From Podarcis bocagei (taxonomy: Eukaryota), in assembly GCA_964188305.1 (NCBI GenBank), contig OZ076892.1: a stretch of DNA of 64,000 bases; one strand, written 5' to 3'. The notes below the pieces were generated by a model that saw only the letters and a program-made list of their open reading frames with translations, was not told where the DNA came from and did no database searches. A program made the position numbers and the translations under genes. Positions 45,829-59,705 of this stretch are shown piece after piece (position 1 is the stretch's first letter; each line of letters begins with the position of its first letter).

Positions 45829-48800
45829 CACAGGGCTGTTGCTACTGTCCTCCCAAATCTGTAAGGGCCCTCTGGCAGAGGATGGGACCCACCAGAGGAC
45901 ACTTTTAAAAATGCATTCAGACATCCCCACCTGATTTCTAACAGGCAATAATTTGTGAGCATGCATGCAACTGTGGGATGCAGAACACACATAGTTTTTG
46001 CTGACTTTGCATTCTTAAAGAATAATAGTTGTAAAAGGGGAGATGCACACAGCTCCAGCACAGAGAGGTATGCTTTGTGGCTGTTGCAAGGTGTATGGCG
46101 GGAGCAAGAGGGAAGGGAGGGTGTAACATTATTCCAAACTGCAGAAGGGCTGTGTCAATTGCGGTGAAGACAGCTGAAAGTTTAGAGAAATAAAGGGGGA
46201 GGACCTAGATGGAAAATAAAGCAAATTAATAAGCAGTAGATGCTTTAGAGTGTAATTATCAGAAAGAAAACACTTTGTTTAGCATACTTTATGTTAATGG
46301 AGGGCTAGTATGGCCCACTGTGCATAATTTAGCTGAACCATTGTTACAACATTTTAATACTTATATAGATATATATATGATTACAGCTACAAGGAAAAAA
46401 AGACCAAAGCACAAGAGAGATCATAATAAGCACACGTGAACTCTGAAGGCCTAATTACATCACGGGGGAGGGTGAACAGTTACTGCTGATTCAAGCAGAA
46501 AATTGGGGTAATTTGTAAACAGGTAAAGCTCCTTTCCAGGTGCACCAGCATGCGTGTGGGAGCGAGGTGGAGATCCTGGAGCAAAAGGCTACCTTCCGCC
46601 TTAGAAACACTGTGTTACACTCCCCTACACTTTAAGCCAGGAGTCCTACATAAAAGCAGGGCAAATGATACCTCCAAATTCAAGAAAACCATGGAGCTGA
46701 TTTTTTATTTTTATTTTTAAGACTTTGACTGCCGTTCAGATTAATCAGATTTATTCTTTTCAAGTTTCTGATTCTGGTTCAGAAACTTGATGGTGGATAG
46801 TTTGGTAACCAGTTTGGCAAAAGTTTGTCCCTTAGCAAAGGATACAAGAAAGAGAAGGTTGGTGCTCTGTGAAATTCCCACTAACCCAAACCGGGGTTCA
46901 GGTAGGGAATACTAGACTCTAGAATTATGCTGCTCATTTTTAGAGGGATATCAGTTCACTTTCTTCCAAATGTGGAAAACCAGCCCTGCTGTGTTTGGGG
47001 GTCCTGTGGCCCATTCTGCTTAGTAGGACTTCTGCCCGAAGCTTCTGCCTTGATGGCACCACTCCCTTCCTTTACCTTTTTGCATTCCCCTACTCAAGTG
47101 GAGCCGGGACAGGAAACACATAGGTTAATGACACCTTGGATGCAGGGCAAGTTGGAGTATTAATTACAATTGGGGGGGGGGGACTTCAGCACAGAGGAGC
47201 AGCTTTTGGTAGCAAGTCTATATTTTGGGAACTGGTCATTTTGCCCAAAGAAATAACTTGATTTCTGCTGACCAGAGCTGTGTACAAATGACCTCTCAAA
47301 TTTTAACATTTCTAGAAACTAAGGAAATGGGAAAGTGAATTTCTCCCAATTTTTCACGGGGGATGGGGCTTCACCATCTGCAGTGGCAATAGCACAGCTT
47401 CTCCCCCACTCCTCTTTTTGTGCTGTTGTTGCTCTGCTGCTACTGTCTCTCCAAATAGTCGCAGCAGCAATCTTTTTGCATCTTTCACAATGTGGCAGAA
47501 CAACTCAGCTGAGGCTTTGTGGGATGGGTGGTGGAACAACAACCCTTACCCCCCACGCTAAATGGTGGTGAAAGTTATGCAAAGTGGCCTTCCTTTTTCT
47601 GGTGGGTGGTTGAAAAAAAGAAGAAAAAATTATCTGAGTTTTTCAGGCACATGTCTTCTGAGAAATTTCTGTTCAGCTCTACCACCAACAGTTTCTTAAA
47701 GCCCCTACACAAGTTCTCAGATTCATCCAGTGTGGACACTGCAAATCAGCTGCGAGTGACATCCAATTCAGCCTAGGCTAGCCCTGGCCCCATATGAATG
47801 TCACAGATCAACTAGCAACTTCAGCTCAGCACCAGCCCATGGTGAACCAACTGTATGGAAAGAGCTCAATTTCAGAAAACATCTTGAAGCAAACACTTTC
47901 TGCTATCTGGTGGAAAATGTTAGAGATATGTGGGGACAAACACAAACACTTATTTTTAATCTGTACTGGTATAAACACGGGCTCACCCTCAGTAACTGGA
48001 AGCCATTATTTTTATAGGAAAATAACTGTGACTGGAAGTGATCACTCACAAGAACGTGTGTCATCATCTGATAAAAAGGTGCTCCACCACATTAGTATAC
48101 GAGGAAGGTCATGTATGGAAAGAAGGGAGGCTGTGGAGGAGGGAATGTACCTACATGAATTGTCCATTCATTATTTATGGCCATAAAGATTTGGTGCCCT
48201 GGAATCAGTGACATTAAAAGCTATTTTAATTTGAGCTACAATTCTTTTTTGTGCTTTCAGCAATTGACAGCATCTCGGATAAACATTCATTTGGGACTGC
48301 CAGATTAAAGAAGGGGTGGGTGGGGAGGAAGGAAAACAAAACTGATGGTATCTTACTTCCCCCTCCACTCAAATTCTTGCTGGACGATTCTTGCTCAATG
48401 CTCTGCCCACTTAAACAGCATGTGTATGATTAACTGCAGATGTATTCAGCAGCTTGCATATGTGGTTAATTTGCTCTGAATTTCCACGCTGTATTATAAC
48501 ACTAATGATCACTAATAACAGACAAACCCACAGTTTATTGAGTAAGTAATTGGAGACATTATTATTTTCACTATCCGAAAGGGGATCAGACCGACCAATT
48601 CAAGCTGGCCAATACGATAAATAATGTGTAAATCAATCTCAGAAACAGCATGCTCCGCTTCTTTGCAAAATGATAGAGATTGATTGGCAGAGAGAGGGGG
48701 GCATACTTGCTGCTATTTCTAGGAAATAAAGTCAATAAAAGTCCATGTTCAAGAAGCAAAAGGTCAGGTGTGGAAGACAGTTTGATCCTGCCGCAAAACA

Positions 48801-49229
48801 GATTTTGCCACCTCTGTACATGGAAGTCACATGGCCTTGTACTTATGCTCTAATGGGGAAAGCTTGTGGCAATGGACACTGTCAGCATCTACTCCCAATT
48901 GTCCCTACAAAATAGAAACAGTATCTCTCTCCCCCCCCCCCCTTCTTATCCCTGGCAAATTATTATCCCTTTTTCATCCCTAACTTTTTGCCAATGGGGC
49001 AAAAAGTTAAAATGTTGCTAGCTGTTGTTGAAACTGTCGTTTATTGAGGTTCAGCCTCCTCCCCAGGGACTCTTGAAGTTATATCTCTGAATCAGAGATG
49101 AATTATTCCTGTCTCTAGTGCACATGCACAAAAATATTTGATGCTGCAAGTCAGAATTGTCAGTCATCAAGGGTTTAGCTTGCTCCCCATGATCTCTAGA
49201 CGTTAACTAGCTTAGTGGATCAGATACAT

Positions 49230-49361
49230 CAGGGGGACAAAACCTGGGGCCCCCTAGATGGCGCTGGATGTTAGCTCCCATCATCCCTGACCATTGGCCA
49301 TGCTGGCTGGGGCTGGCTGGAGTCCACCAAAATCTGGAGGACTGCAGGTTCCCAGCCCCTA
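49230..49361. mobile_element. hAT/Charlie-like MITE
   Basis: CAGGGG...CCCCTA ends and a perfect 8-bp TSD AGATACAT (49222-49229, 49362-49369). Confidence 0.85.
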
Positions 49362-49639
49362 AGATACATCTTGTGTATAGTTGACAAGTAGATCAATGCC
49401 TGCACATGAACACTAAAGCATCGAGAAGCACAGAGCCTGTCATTTCACACACACTAGCTCCTGAGTTCTGCTTTGAACTGCTGACTGTAGGACAGTTATG
49501 TATTTCCGAAATTATCTTTAAGCAAAAGAACTGATGCCCTGTTGGCTTTTTCATTAATGAGGGATGGTGTAAAGCAATATAGTAGATGGTAAACAGCCTC
49601 TTTAAGGGGAGGGGAGGGGGGAAAGAAGTCCCCAGTATG

Positions 49640-49766
49640 TAGGGTTGCCATATTTCAAGAAGTGAAAATCACATTCTAGCCGTTTTTAGAAAATTCCGCC
49701 CGGATGCTATTTTTAACACACAAATTCCAGCTATGTCTGGGAAATTCTGGACGTATGGCAGTCCGA
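49640..49766. mobile_element. hAT (Blackjack-like) short MITE
   Basis: Ends TAGGGTTGCCATA / TATGGCAGTCCGA and TSD CCAGTATG/CAAGTATG; related to 16636-17242. Confidence 0.8.
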
Positions 49767-51799
49767 CAAGTATGAGAGTTGAGAAAATTCAAACACAAAT
49801 CTCTTTTTGTCTTTAGATGTTGAAGGGTGTGTCAGGATCCACCCAATTCAAATCAGGAGGGTCTACTCACTCCACTGGAGCCCTTTGTGAAGAGCCATTG
49901 AAAGGTGCAGAGTGGAGATGGATGGATTGTTTAATCCTGCCAAATCTCAGAGGGTCACTTCCACCAGCACCTGTGACCACACAATCTTCCTTCTCTAACA
50001 TGGGTGTCTGACCCAGTCACACGTGTCTAAATCTCAGTTTTAGCTTGGCTCTTATCCAGCTGACTTTGACCAATGGGGGCTTTAAGACAAATGATCTATA
50101 ATGCTCCTTTGAAGAGGATTGTCTTGTGATAATTCATTATGAAGGAAGAGGACTAAAGATATCACTTAAGACTATGGGTGATATTCAGTGAAGTTTTATT
50201 CAAAGTAGATCCATGAAAATTAAGGAGTATGGCTGTTAGGTCCATTCATTCATCTGTATCTATGCTGAACAAATCTTAGCTAAATATCACTTCTGGGTTT
50301 TATGTGAACTTTCACATGGTGGTACATGTTTCTAATGAGCATGTTTTCATGGGGTAACAGTTGGGTGTCAGGTAAAAGGCTCCACAGATAGAAACACAAG
50401 CAGAAAGGATTCACCCAGAAGATACAAGGAGTTGTGGGTTATTCCCTGGTATAACTTCTAAGGAAAATTGGATGAGAGGGCATGGTGATGTCTTTGAACA
50501 CTTAGGGCCCAAAGTAACAGCTTATTGCAAAGATTTCCATTCTCTTATAAAGGAAGCCTTTCTCTGATGGTAGAAGCTCTTGCTGTCAGCAGAAATGAAC
50601 CTTAATCTTTATTCACAGTGTTTCTTCTGACAAAGGTCAATTTAACAGCAGCAGCTTTTATCTTCAAACATATTTCTTGGCATATATGTTGTGAGAAATA
50701 TTTCGCACCTTGTAAACTTCTAGACAGCTCTCATGAGCCTGTGATGAGGATTCATGAACTGCACAAAGCTGGCATCCATGAGATAATCTGAATCACTATA
50801 TGGCTTCTGGCAATTCTGTCACCTGGCATGGACTTAATGCAAGGCCACAGGAATATATTGTTATATTTATTAATAACATGTTCAAAAGAATGAAAATCTG
50901 TATCTTAAAAATGCTACCTCTCTGGAATCTATCAATTATATAATTTCCTGTCAAGGATTTAGCACGCATGATTCCTTTAGTCTACAAACTTCTCTTGAAC
51001 CAAGCACATAGTTTCAGAATCATCTGAGATGTTCCAAATCTGAACCCTATTCCCTTTTGAAAATAATAATAATTTAATTATTTACACTATTCTTATCAGT
51101 AAACATAGGCTTGGAGAATTCAGCTGGATTGAACAAGGCCATCTGTTTCATCAGTGGTGAAACCACAAACTCTTCTAAAGCATCCACAAACAGGGGCTCT
51201 GATGTGCCCCCCACATTGAGGGGCCACAGTCACATGATGACACCGGGCATGCCCTGAGTGAGGGCAGGACGCAAGGAGGGTTATATTTGTGCTTGCTCAT
51301 CCCAGCTGCCATCCGGCTCCTGGGCTGCTGCTAGAGTTGGGATGGGCAAAGGGTGTCCGGGGGCAGCGGGCGACGGTGGCAGTCCCCTCAATGTTGGGGG
51401 GGGTGCTGCCCCCTTCTCAAAAATACAGGGGGAGCTGAAGCCCCCTCTGCCCCCTATACCCGGCACAGCTGTCCACAAATGCTGGTTGTTCAACAACACA
51501 AAGCTAAACTTCAGCTAATCTAAGAATGCAAGAAAAATTATCATCAAGACTCTCCTCTGTCTCCAAAGCCCCTGCACAAGTCTGCCTGACAAGGTTGATA
51601 AGTTTTAAATATTTCTCTTATGTTGAAATGTATATATTTATATCCCACAAGTTAACCACGATTGGCTCCCAAAGCAGCTTACTATAAAAACCTGCACAAA
51701 AGTACAGAATTATTTGGGATACATTGGTGTCACTTCCTTAGCGGTTAGTGATATACTCTAGATTGTTTGTGGGTGCAGCTGTGTGTTCTGCTAGAGCAC

Positions 51800-52035
51800 A
51801 GGGTCTGAGGAGAGGCTTCTGCTGAGAGGAAGCCAGAAAGTGACTTGGGGAGGAGTTAGCAGCCAGCAGCCTCTATTTAGCTGATTGCAGCCTCTAAGAG
51901 CATGTGAACAGGACTTGGAAACAGGGGGGTTTGCGAGTGCATTTTGAGGGGAGGCCTGGAGTGCCTCAGTGTATGTAGGGCCAAGAGACATCGACGGCGA
52001 AGGAGCTGCTGTCTATCACCAGCTGCCACATGGAA
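51800..52035 (+). mobile_element. Possible CR1 5' UTR / ORF1 start relic
   Basis: atcgacggcgaaggagctgctgtc...agctgccacatg resembles a degraded (M)DGEGAAV..SCHM CR1 ORF1 zinc-finger start. Confidence 0.35.
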
Positions 52036-54770
52036 AAGATCATAATGCTTTTATATGTTGATCTTGTTCATTATGGTTTTAAAGAATGGGCTTAGAAGCA
52101 CCTTGGGATTATTTGTATCCTTAAATAAATGGAGAGAGCACGATAGGCCAGGTATCACCTGGGCCTAGGCCTGAGTGTATACTTAGCAGAAAACCTGAAT
52201 CTGCCTTTGAGTAATATGTGAAGGAGCAGCCATGCTCATGCAGGGAGGTCGAAATCAAGGCTTTGCGCAGTCATGCATCAGGCTTAACAACCTCCCTCTA
52301 CGAGCTCACAGGCAGAAATGACCACACACAAAGGGGTTATCACTTTGGGAAGACCAGTCTCAAATGTCTCTTTGCCACTTGGCTCAGGCTTAATTGAAAA
52401 AGCTTAGTACACTAATTAATTCAAGCTTGGCTTGGCCATCCTTGAAAAACACACACAAAAAACCAGGGCCCACATCCAGGAAGCTAATATCAGCAGTATA
52501 ATTTTAATGCTACTAAATAATCCCTTTATGGCAGGTAACATAGTGCTATTAGACTTGAAAAATGGAATTAAAATTAACTGGGTTTTTTTTTAGTAATGCA
52601 AGGATATTAGAATTAGAGTTGAGAAGGTCATTTATTATATTTGCCGGACAGATAATTAAAATATCACTTTCTTTAAAAGCAAGGGGCCCAATGTACAAGG
52701 TACATCTGTCAACATTTCTTTATTTCTTTTGGATTTGTACAGGAGATATCAGAACTTAAACACCTCTCAGAATTTCACTGCTAAAGAGCCTGGTTGACAT
52801 ACCCTATCAGACATATCACATGATGTGTCAACGTGTAAGTAATGCAAGAGTACAGGGAGAGCTCTCTTTCAGCATGATGTTTCAATATCTAATCAGAATT
52901 TACTGTGGGGGATGGATGCTAGAAAAATAATAAAGAGGGTTGGGCATCAGCAAACAGAAAGATATTGCAGCTCACTGTTATTTCATATTAATTACCATTT
53001 TTTGTTAAGTGGGAGACGCACATATCGGGGGGGCAGGGGAGGACATCTCTCTGAAATATCTGATAAATTGTCTCTCATATTGACCTTCCCAAGCATTAAG
53101 ATCTACAGGGGAGGCCCTGCAGCCAAATCTGGGTCAAAGAGCAGTAACACATTGGAGGATCTTTTCTGTGTAAAAGGTGTGAAATTCAGCTTTGGATGTT
53201 CTTAATTTGGTTTAGAGTCCAACAATTGAAGCTGGATGCTTTTGTTAAATGGACAAATAAAGAAACTAGTTAGAAGTTAGTTCCAAAATGCATACAATAC
53301 AACAAATCCCCATTGTTTCTTGTTGCTTCGCTTCAGCACCATGTAATGGTGTCTGGGGTTCAGTTGTAAGTCATCAACCTGTAGTTACAAGCCATAGACC
53401 TTCCCCGCTCAACAAATTATACTCATGCTAATTCATTTTTGGATTTTGATATATGAGAAGCTAATTCTGGATGTAAAGCATTCCGTCATAAAACTCACAA
53501 TGATTTGGATATTAAAGCTTGTAATGAAAGTTTGAGAGCATGTATTAGAGAGTTGAGAGTTGTTAGCACATGCCTTGAGCCTTTCAGAATTATAGAAAGC
53601 ACACAGTGGGGTATATTGATTGTGAACTTTCTGTGATCAATGCATTTTAATTTAACCAGCGTACAGTGTCTACAACTACTCTCTAACCCCCTAACAATTA
53701 CATATGCAACGCAGGTACAAGATCAGCTAAATGTTCACAAAATGCCCCAGTTGTCTATTTTTTAGGGTTGCTTTTTTCCAAACTGAAATGGCAAACATTA
53801 TTCAGAATACTGAAAACTGTCCACTCTCCCAGGAAATCGAAAAGGAGGGGGGGTTACAGATTTGTTCTTCTTCTTTTGCAACATGGCAAAAGTACAGTAG
53901 TGTGCATAGTTAGCTGGCACAGATTCAGCTCCTTTGTGGTGAAGTCTGCAGAGGCGTCTTAACCTGTCACAGCTAATGGGTTTTGCTGTGGACGCCAAAG
54001 CATAACATGTTGAGAGCATTTGAGGAAGGGGGGCATTAGAAATATCTAAAGTGTTGGCAGTCTCAAAGGCTTGGAGGGGGAAAAGCAGCTACTTTTAACT
54101 GTTTTTCAGAAGCTCTACAAACACTGGAGAGTATCAAATCTAATGAAGTAGTAATGAAGTAACTAGGGTGGGGAGAGAAAGAATTGTAAAAAAAGTTTTC
54201 CTAAGTAATACAAAATCATTACAATGTCCTGCCAGACATGCATTTTTTAAAATGAGAGCTGTAATAACGGAAAATTAGATTCCATTACTTATTCATGGGC
54301 TTCTGGTTAATGCTGATCTCCATACAGAGCGATCCACTTTTATAAATAGCATCTTTGCAAGTGGTGCTGCTTTTGTGGGGAGGGCAAGCCAATGTCCAAA
54401 ACATTGACTGGCTTTGTCAACAGGAAGTTCTCTTTCCCCACATCTACAAAAGAAAGCAAGAAGTAAGGTTTGTTTGTTTGTATCAACAAAGATTTGGCAA
54501 AAAGCCCAACCTTTCATCTTCAACTTTCTCCACTTGGGGGCCTAACTTTAGACGCAATTAAAACTGGGACCCACTTAATTTCTTTAACCACACATGCCCA
54601 GCTTCCTGTTCTTCTGTCTTTTCCACTTCTATCTCAATCTCCTTTTTTCTTCACTTGAAAAACTATCTTTTAAAATAAAAAGATAAAAACTTCCAAAATG
54701 ATAGCCATATCAGCTTGTTGCAGTAAAACACACACACCATGATTTCCTTATGCTTGTCTTCCACACAGCA

Positions 54771-54935
54771 GGAACCTAGGAAACTGCCTTATACTGAGTC
54801 AGACCATTCATCCATTTAAGCTCTATATTATCTACTCTGACTGGCAGGCTGCTCCAGGGTTTCAAGCAGGAGCTTTCCCCATCTCTTCCTGGAGACGTGA
54901 AGGATTGAACCTGGGATCTTCTGCATGCAAGGTAA
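54771..54935 (-). mobile_element. tRNA-headed SINE (Squam2-like)
   Basis: ggaacctaggaaactgccttatactgagtcagacca ... ggattgaacctgggatcttctgcatgcaag. Confidence 0.8.
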
Positions 54936-55549
54936 GCTAAGGTCCTTACGCTGATCGTAATCATGTGAAGGAGGGAAACATAGCCATGCCTGCTGGCCTC
55001 AACCACAACACATTGTTGGCACATCTGTGAACGGAGTCTGGACTATATACATAAGTTACCCCGTCAACATGTGCATGTCCACATCATGGGAGAAACATAT
55101 ACATGAAGAGTAGGCCCCTACTAATGCCACCTCTACATGTTCGTGTACGGAGGGGGGGGGGTGACAAGTAAGGTCTGTCCCACCAAATGAACAATAATCT
55201 CCACATTCCCAGCTTTCATTTAAAAGCAAAAGAGTAAGTTTTTAAGCACACTACTGTATTCTCATTTGTTTTGTGAGAAGGCTGCCTGCTCCAACATTTC
55301 AGTTCTTTTATTTATCTGGACTTTGTCCTTTGACCTTTCCCCCGCCATGGAAAAATTCCTGCAAGACACCCATGTCTCTCTCCACGGGTTTGTTATTTGT
55401 GAGTGGGAATTACTGAATGAGGCTTTCATGGCAACTTGAAAACAATTAGATTTGTTGTAGCTTAGTTTTTCTGGTGACAAGAGTCTACAATGTGGTCAGT
55501 ATTTTCCAGACAGATACCGGAAGACAAATGCAAGCCTGTTTTACATGAC

Positions 55550-55815
55550 ACACTGAATTCACTGCCACAAGGTGTGCTGAAGATCTCTGGTTTTGATGGC
55601 TGCAGAAAGGGATTTGACAAATTCATCAAGGATGGCATGGCTTTAAGTCCTGTTGGCTATAAGCCTATTTTCAGAGGCAGTATGACACTGAAAACAAGTT
55701 ACTGGGAAGCAACAGCAGCAGGTCTCTCCTGAAGAAGCATCTATTTGACCACCATGGGGGGGGGGATGATGCTGGGCTAAAGGGATCTTAGGGCTGATCC
55801 AGCACTGCTCTTTTT
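55550..55815 (+). mobile_element. CR1-type LINE 3' end fragment
   Basis: Translates NSLPQGVLKISGFDGCRKGFDKFIKD (CR1 ORF2 end), followed by a degraded 3' UTR. Confidence 0.7.
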
Positions 55816-58800
55816 ACATTGTTGTTTTTAATTTGGCTATTCTGCCCCATCACCCACATAGATGTAAATCTTGCCAGGAGTACACAAAAGTACATAATGC
55901 TTATGTAATAATACTATGTTGCTTTGTTGTTGTTTTTCTAAACACATACGTAAATGTTGGTGTTGCTAAAGGTGTCATTCACTTTAGGTTTGGTTGTGAC
56001 CCAACACTTGAAGACCAATTCCAAAATGATCGTTTGAAAAGTATTTACTTTTAAACTCAGAAACTAGTCATTGCAGCGTCTGGCATTTCCTTTCTTAAAC
56101 GCAAAAGAAAAAAACAGTATTGGATGAACAAAAAGTGTTATGCTTAAGGGATAGGTAGAAGATCTCTAAATGGAATTCATAACTGAGATTCTTGAAAAGC
56201 TTTAACAGTAAATATATAAGATGCAAAATTTTGGTGAAGAAGCAGATTACAATATAATGCCTACATGCTGAAAGGCCACATGACATTTTTCCAAGATTCC
56301 CCAATGTAATATTGATAGAAAAGTACAGCATTATTACTTAGAAACAGTATTTGTGTTTTGTTTCTTTCATGGAAACTTTTATTCTCCCATTGCTTGTGTT
56401 AACATAATTTGAATTATTGGAAAACATTTACAGCATTCATTTTTCACATGGGGCAGCTTGTAGGTAAAAAGAGATGGAAGCATCCCAGCCAAGTGGACTT
56501 CTCCTTCTCTCTCATATCCTATTGGAGGGGGGAATTCATGCATCTCTTAGCTAGGGTGTTGCAAGGTAGCTGAAATTAACCCATCACAGGAAGCAATATT
56601 TAACAGTACAGTTTTCCCATCAGAGGCTGCTATCACACAAGGGGTTTATTGTGTGAGTTTAACTAATTATAAGGCCAGCGCTTCTGACCCTTTTCCTGAC
56701 ATTCCTTTCACACTGCACATGCCTGTTCCATCACATCTCAACCGCTATATCACCATGTTGTAGTAAATGTCATTCATGCATGTCATTCCTCCATACTGCC
56801 CTTCTCCCTCTACCTTCTGCCATTCTTCTAGGCTTTACCTTTTCAGCATGACTTTCTGTGCTGAATTACAGGCAAAAACGAAAAAAGGTGTGAGCCTTGA
56901 AACGGGCAGAGAGCACAGTGCATGCTGGTATGGTGCCTTGTGGCTCATCACGTGAGCGGCTGTGGCATGCATGCATACAAACGGGGGAACTTGCTGCACA
57001 GAAAAATGACATACTTAAAAGCACCTCCATGCAATCAATTCAGTGTATTGAGCTTAGTCAAACTATTTTGCTTCTTCTCCTTGCTACCCTTCCATGTCAC
57101 AACTGGTGATATATTCACAACAACAAAAATATGTGTGCTATCAAAGTTACAAGTATAGCTTGCTATTTTAGATCTATGTGCAGATTAAAAACAAAAACAC
57201 AGGATTTCAATGCAGCAAAGCACTTCCAAATTCTGCTTTTCAAACTGAACCTTCTACCACATCCAAACTGACCTACACAAACCTGATGTAAGTGTCCAAT
57301 AAACAGTGAAAATGCACACTGCAATCTTCTTAGAAATGGTGTTGAAAACTTTTTATAAATGGCATAGTCCAATGAATCATTAAGTATGACTATGTTTACT
57401 ACAACATATATTTGTATTTATTCAGATAAGAACTTCAGCTACTATGCAAAGTAAATCAAATGGTCACTTGATCCCTTCTAACCCACCCATCCTGGCCACC
57501 ACATGCCTGAACACTGCTGGCAATGGGGTGAAGAACTGGCTCATAGTTAGCATGCAACAATCAGCATCTTCAGACAGATGCTGGAACAAAAGTGCTCCAA
57601 CAAAACCCACCACTGTTGCCTGCCCTGCTCCTCCCATCAATGCCATGACATTCTGGATCATTGTGGTGAATTGAAATGGTACCTCTTCCACTGGGGTTTG
57701 GGAGCTGCCATTCTAATTAAACTTCCTCAGAGACAGATGACATGGAAAAAACCACTGACAGTACTATAAAACACAAAGCTGAGTTGTAAGAAAAATGGTA
57801 CTCTGTCTGGGAAATTAAAATGGTGGGCAGGTCCCAGTTCTACATGCCCAACACTATTATAGTGTCACTGTATTATAGTGTCATTGCCTATTGCTGCCAG
57901 GTAAACCAACGTGGGGGGCGGGGGGCGAGCTGACTAGGAAAGGGCCTGCTAGCTAGAAGGACTTTCACTGAATGCTCCATCGAACATAGGGTGGAGAAAT
58001 GGTCATTACTAAATATATCAAATGGGCTTAAAAAAAAAATACTCTAGGCAACCTACAAAAACAGCTGCACATTTATTATAGGAAACTAATCATAAGGAAT
58101 CGGGTTGTTGAAATAACAAATGAGCTCACAATTGCTTTGCTTCAGATAAGTCCCATATGCTTTTTAGCTATCTGTGGAAAAACAACGTATCCTCCCCTCT
58201 TCAAGATTACTACATGACATGCAGTTTGTTTATTTTCAGTCCACTGAGAAGCTGGCCCAATCATGAACATGAATGGGGATCACAGCAAAAATGGGGTGGG
58301 TAGAAGAATAGAAATGTTTATCATTAGGAGGATATGCAAATATGCTTCATGGTCTCCTTGACGACCTTACAATCCACTTGGAAGAGTTGTATATTTTCAC
58401 ATGGGACTAAATGTATATGCAGGAGGAAAATAATAATAATCATGCAATCTGTGGAAGGGAAAAAGTTGCAAGCATAACATTCCCCACCTCTTCTGCCTGC
58501 ATCAGCCAGAGCAAGACTCGCTAACATTTCCCCATGGACTTAAATCCATAAATGTAATATTAGTCACTGAAGGGCCAGAAACCATATTGACTCATTTTTT
58601 AAATGAGTTGCATTCAAGATACACTTTTGAATTCTGGAAGTTGAAGGAGCTTGCTTTAAATCTTGACCCCATGGCATAAGCTGCCACAGCAGCAGTGTAG
58701 TGTGTGTTGCCACAATGGAAACACTCACAGTTTAATGTTATTTTGGAGACTTGTCCGAAGAAAGGACAATGAACAGACCTCTTGTGGAAAGGTGGAGGTT

Positions 58801-59474
58801 GTCTTGGTCCAGAGAGAGAGAGAGAGAGAATGTGCATCTACCCCGCAGATGTGATCTGAAAGTGTGGTGAGAGAAGGCACAAGTCCCTCTCATACCACTT
58901 GCTAAAGTGGCTAGAGGAAATACAGGAAATCATGGGAGAAAATAAATAATGGATTTTTATGTAAGAAGAGTAGATTGCATGCATTATCTAGCAGCAAACA
59001 CTGGAGGTGTGTGTAGGGGGGAGGGGAGTGAGTTTGCAATGGTTCAGGGGGAAAACACTGCACAGGCTCAGAGGCAACTTTTTTCTTCTTAAGAAATCTG
59101 AGCCATGGACATTCTGGCTGATCTAGGAGTAGCTATGGAATGCTTAATTATTAGTAAACATGCATAAGATTGTGTAGTAACAAAATACATATGGACAGAA
59201 CTGGAGTTGAGAGAGGTTCTTTTAAAGGAGTATAAAACTATGGAAAATGAAGCCTCAGAAGCATTTGCTGCTAGACATTATTCATTCATTATATATATAT
59301 AATGGGGGGGGAGCCCTATCACTTAACATATGATTTTACAGCTGTTCATCATTATCTAGAACTAAAAGTGAGAACAAATATATATCAGTTACACTGTACA
59401 TAATACTGGCTAAAAAGAGAAACTTCTGAGGTCCCAGAATAGGACAAAAGTTGTAACAATGGGAATAAGCCAAA

Positions 59475-59705
59475 ATCATGGAGGAAGAGGCTATTGAAGA
59501 CTACTAGTAATGATGGCTATATTTGACCTCCGGTATCCAAGGTGGCATGCCAGTGAATATCACTCGCTGTGGATCATGCCAGAGACTGCTATTGCTTTCA
59601 TGTCCTGCCTGTGGGCTTCTGGTGGACCTGTGGCTGGACAGTGTAAGAAGAGAATGCTAGACTAGATAGACCTTTTATGTTATCCAGAACGTCTCTACTT
59701 CTGTT
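59475..59705 (+). mobile_element. CR1-type 3' UTR fragment
   Basis: tcatggaggaagaggctattgaagactactag ... agaatgctagactagatagacc; same family as 27340-27625. Confidence 0.7.
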
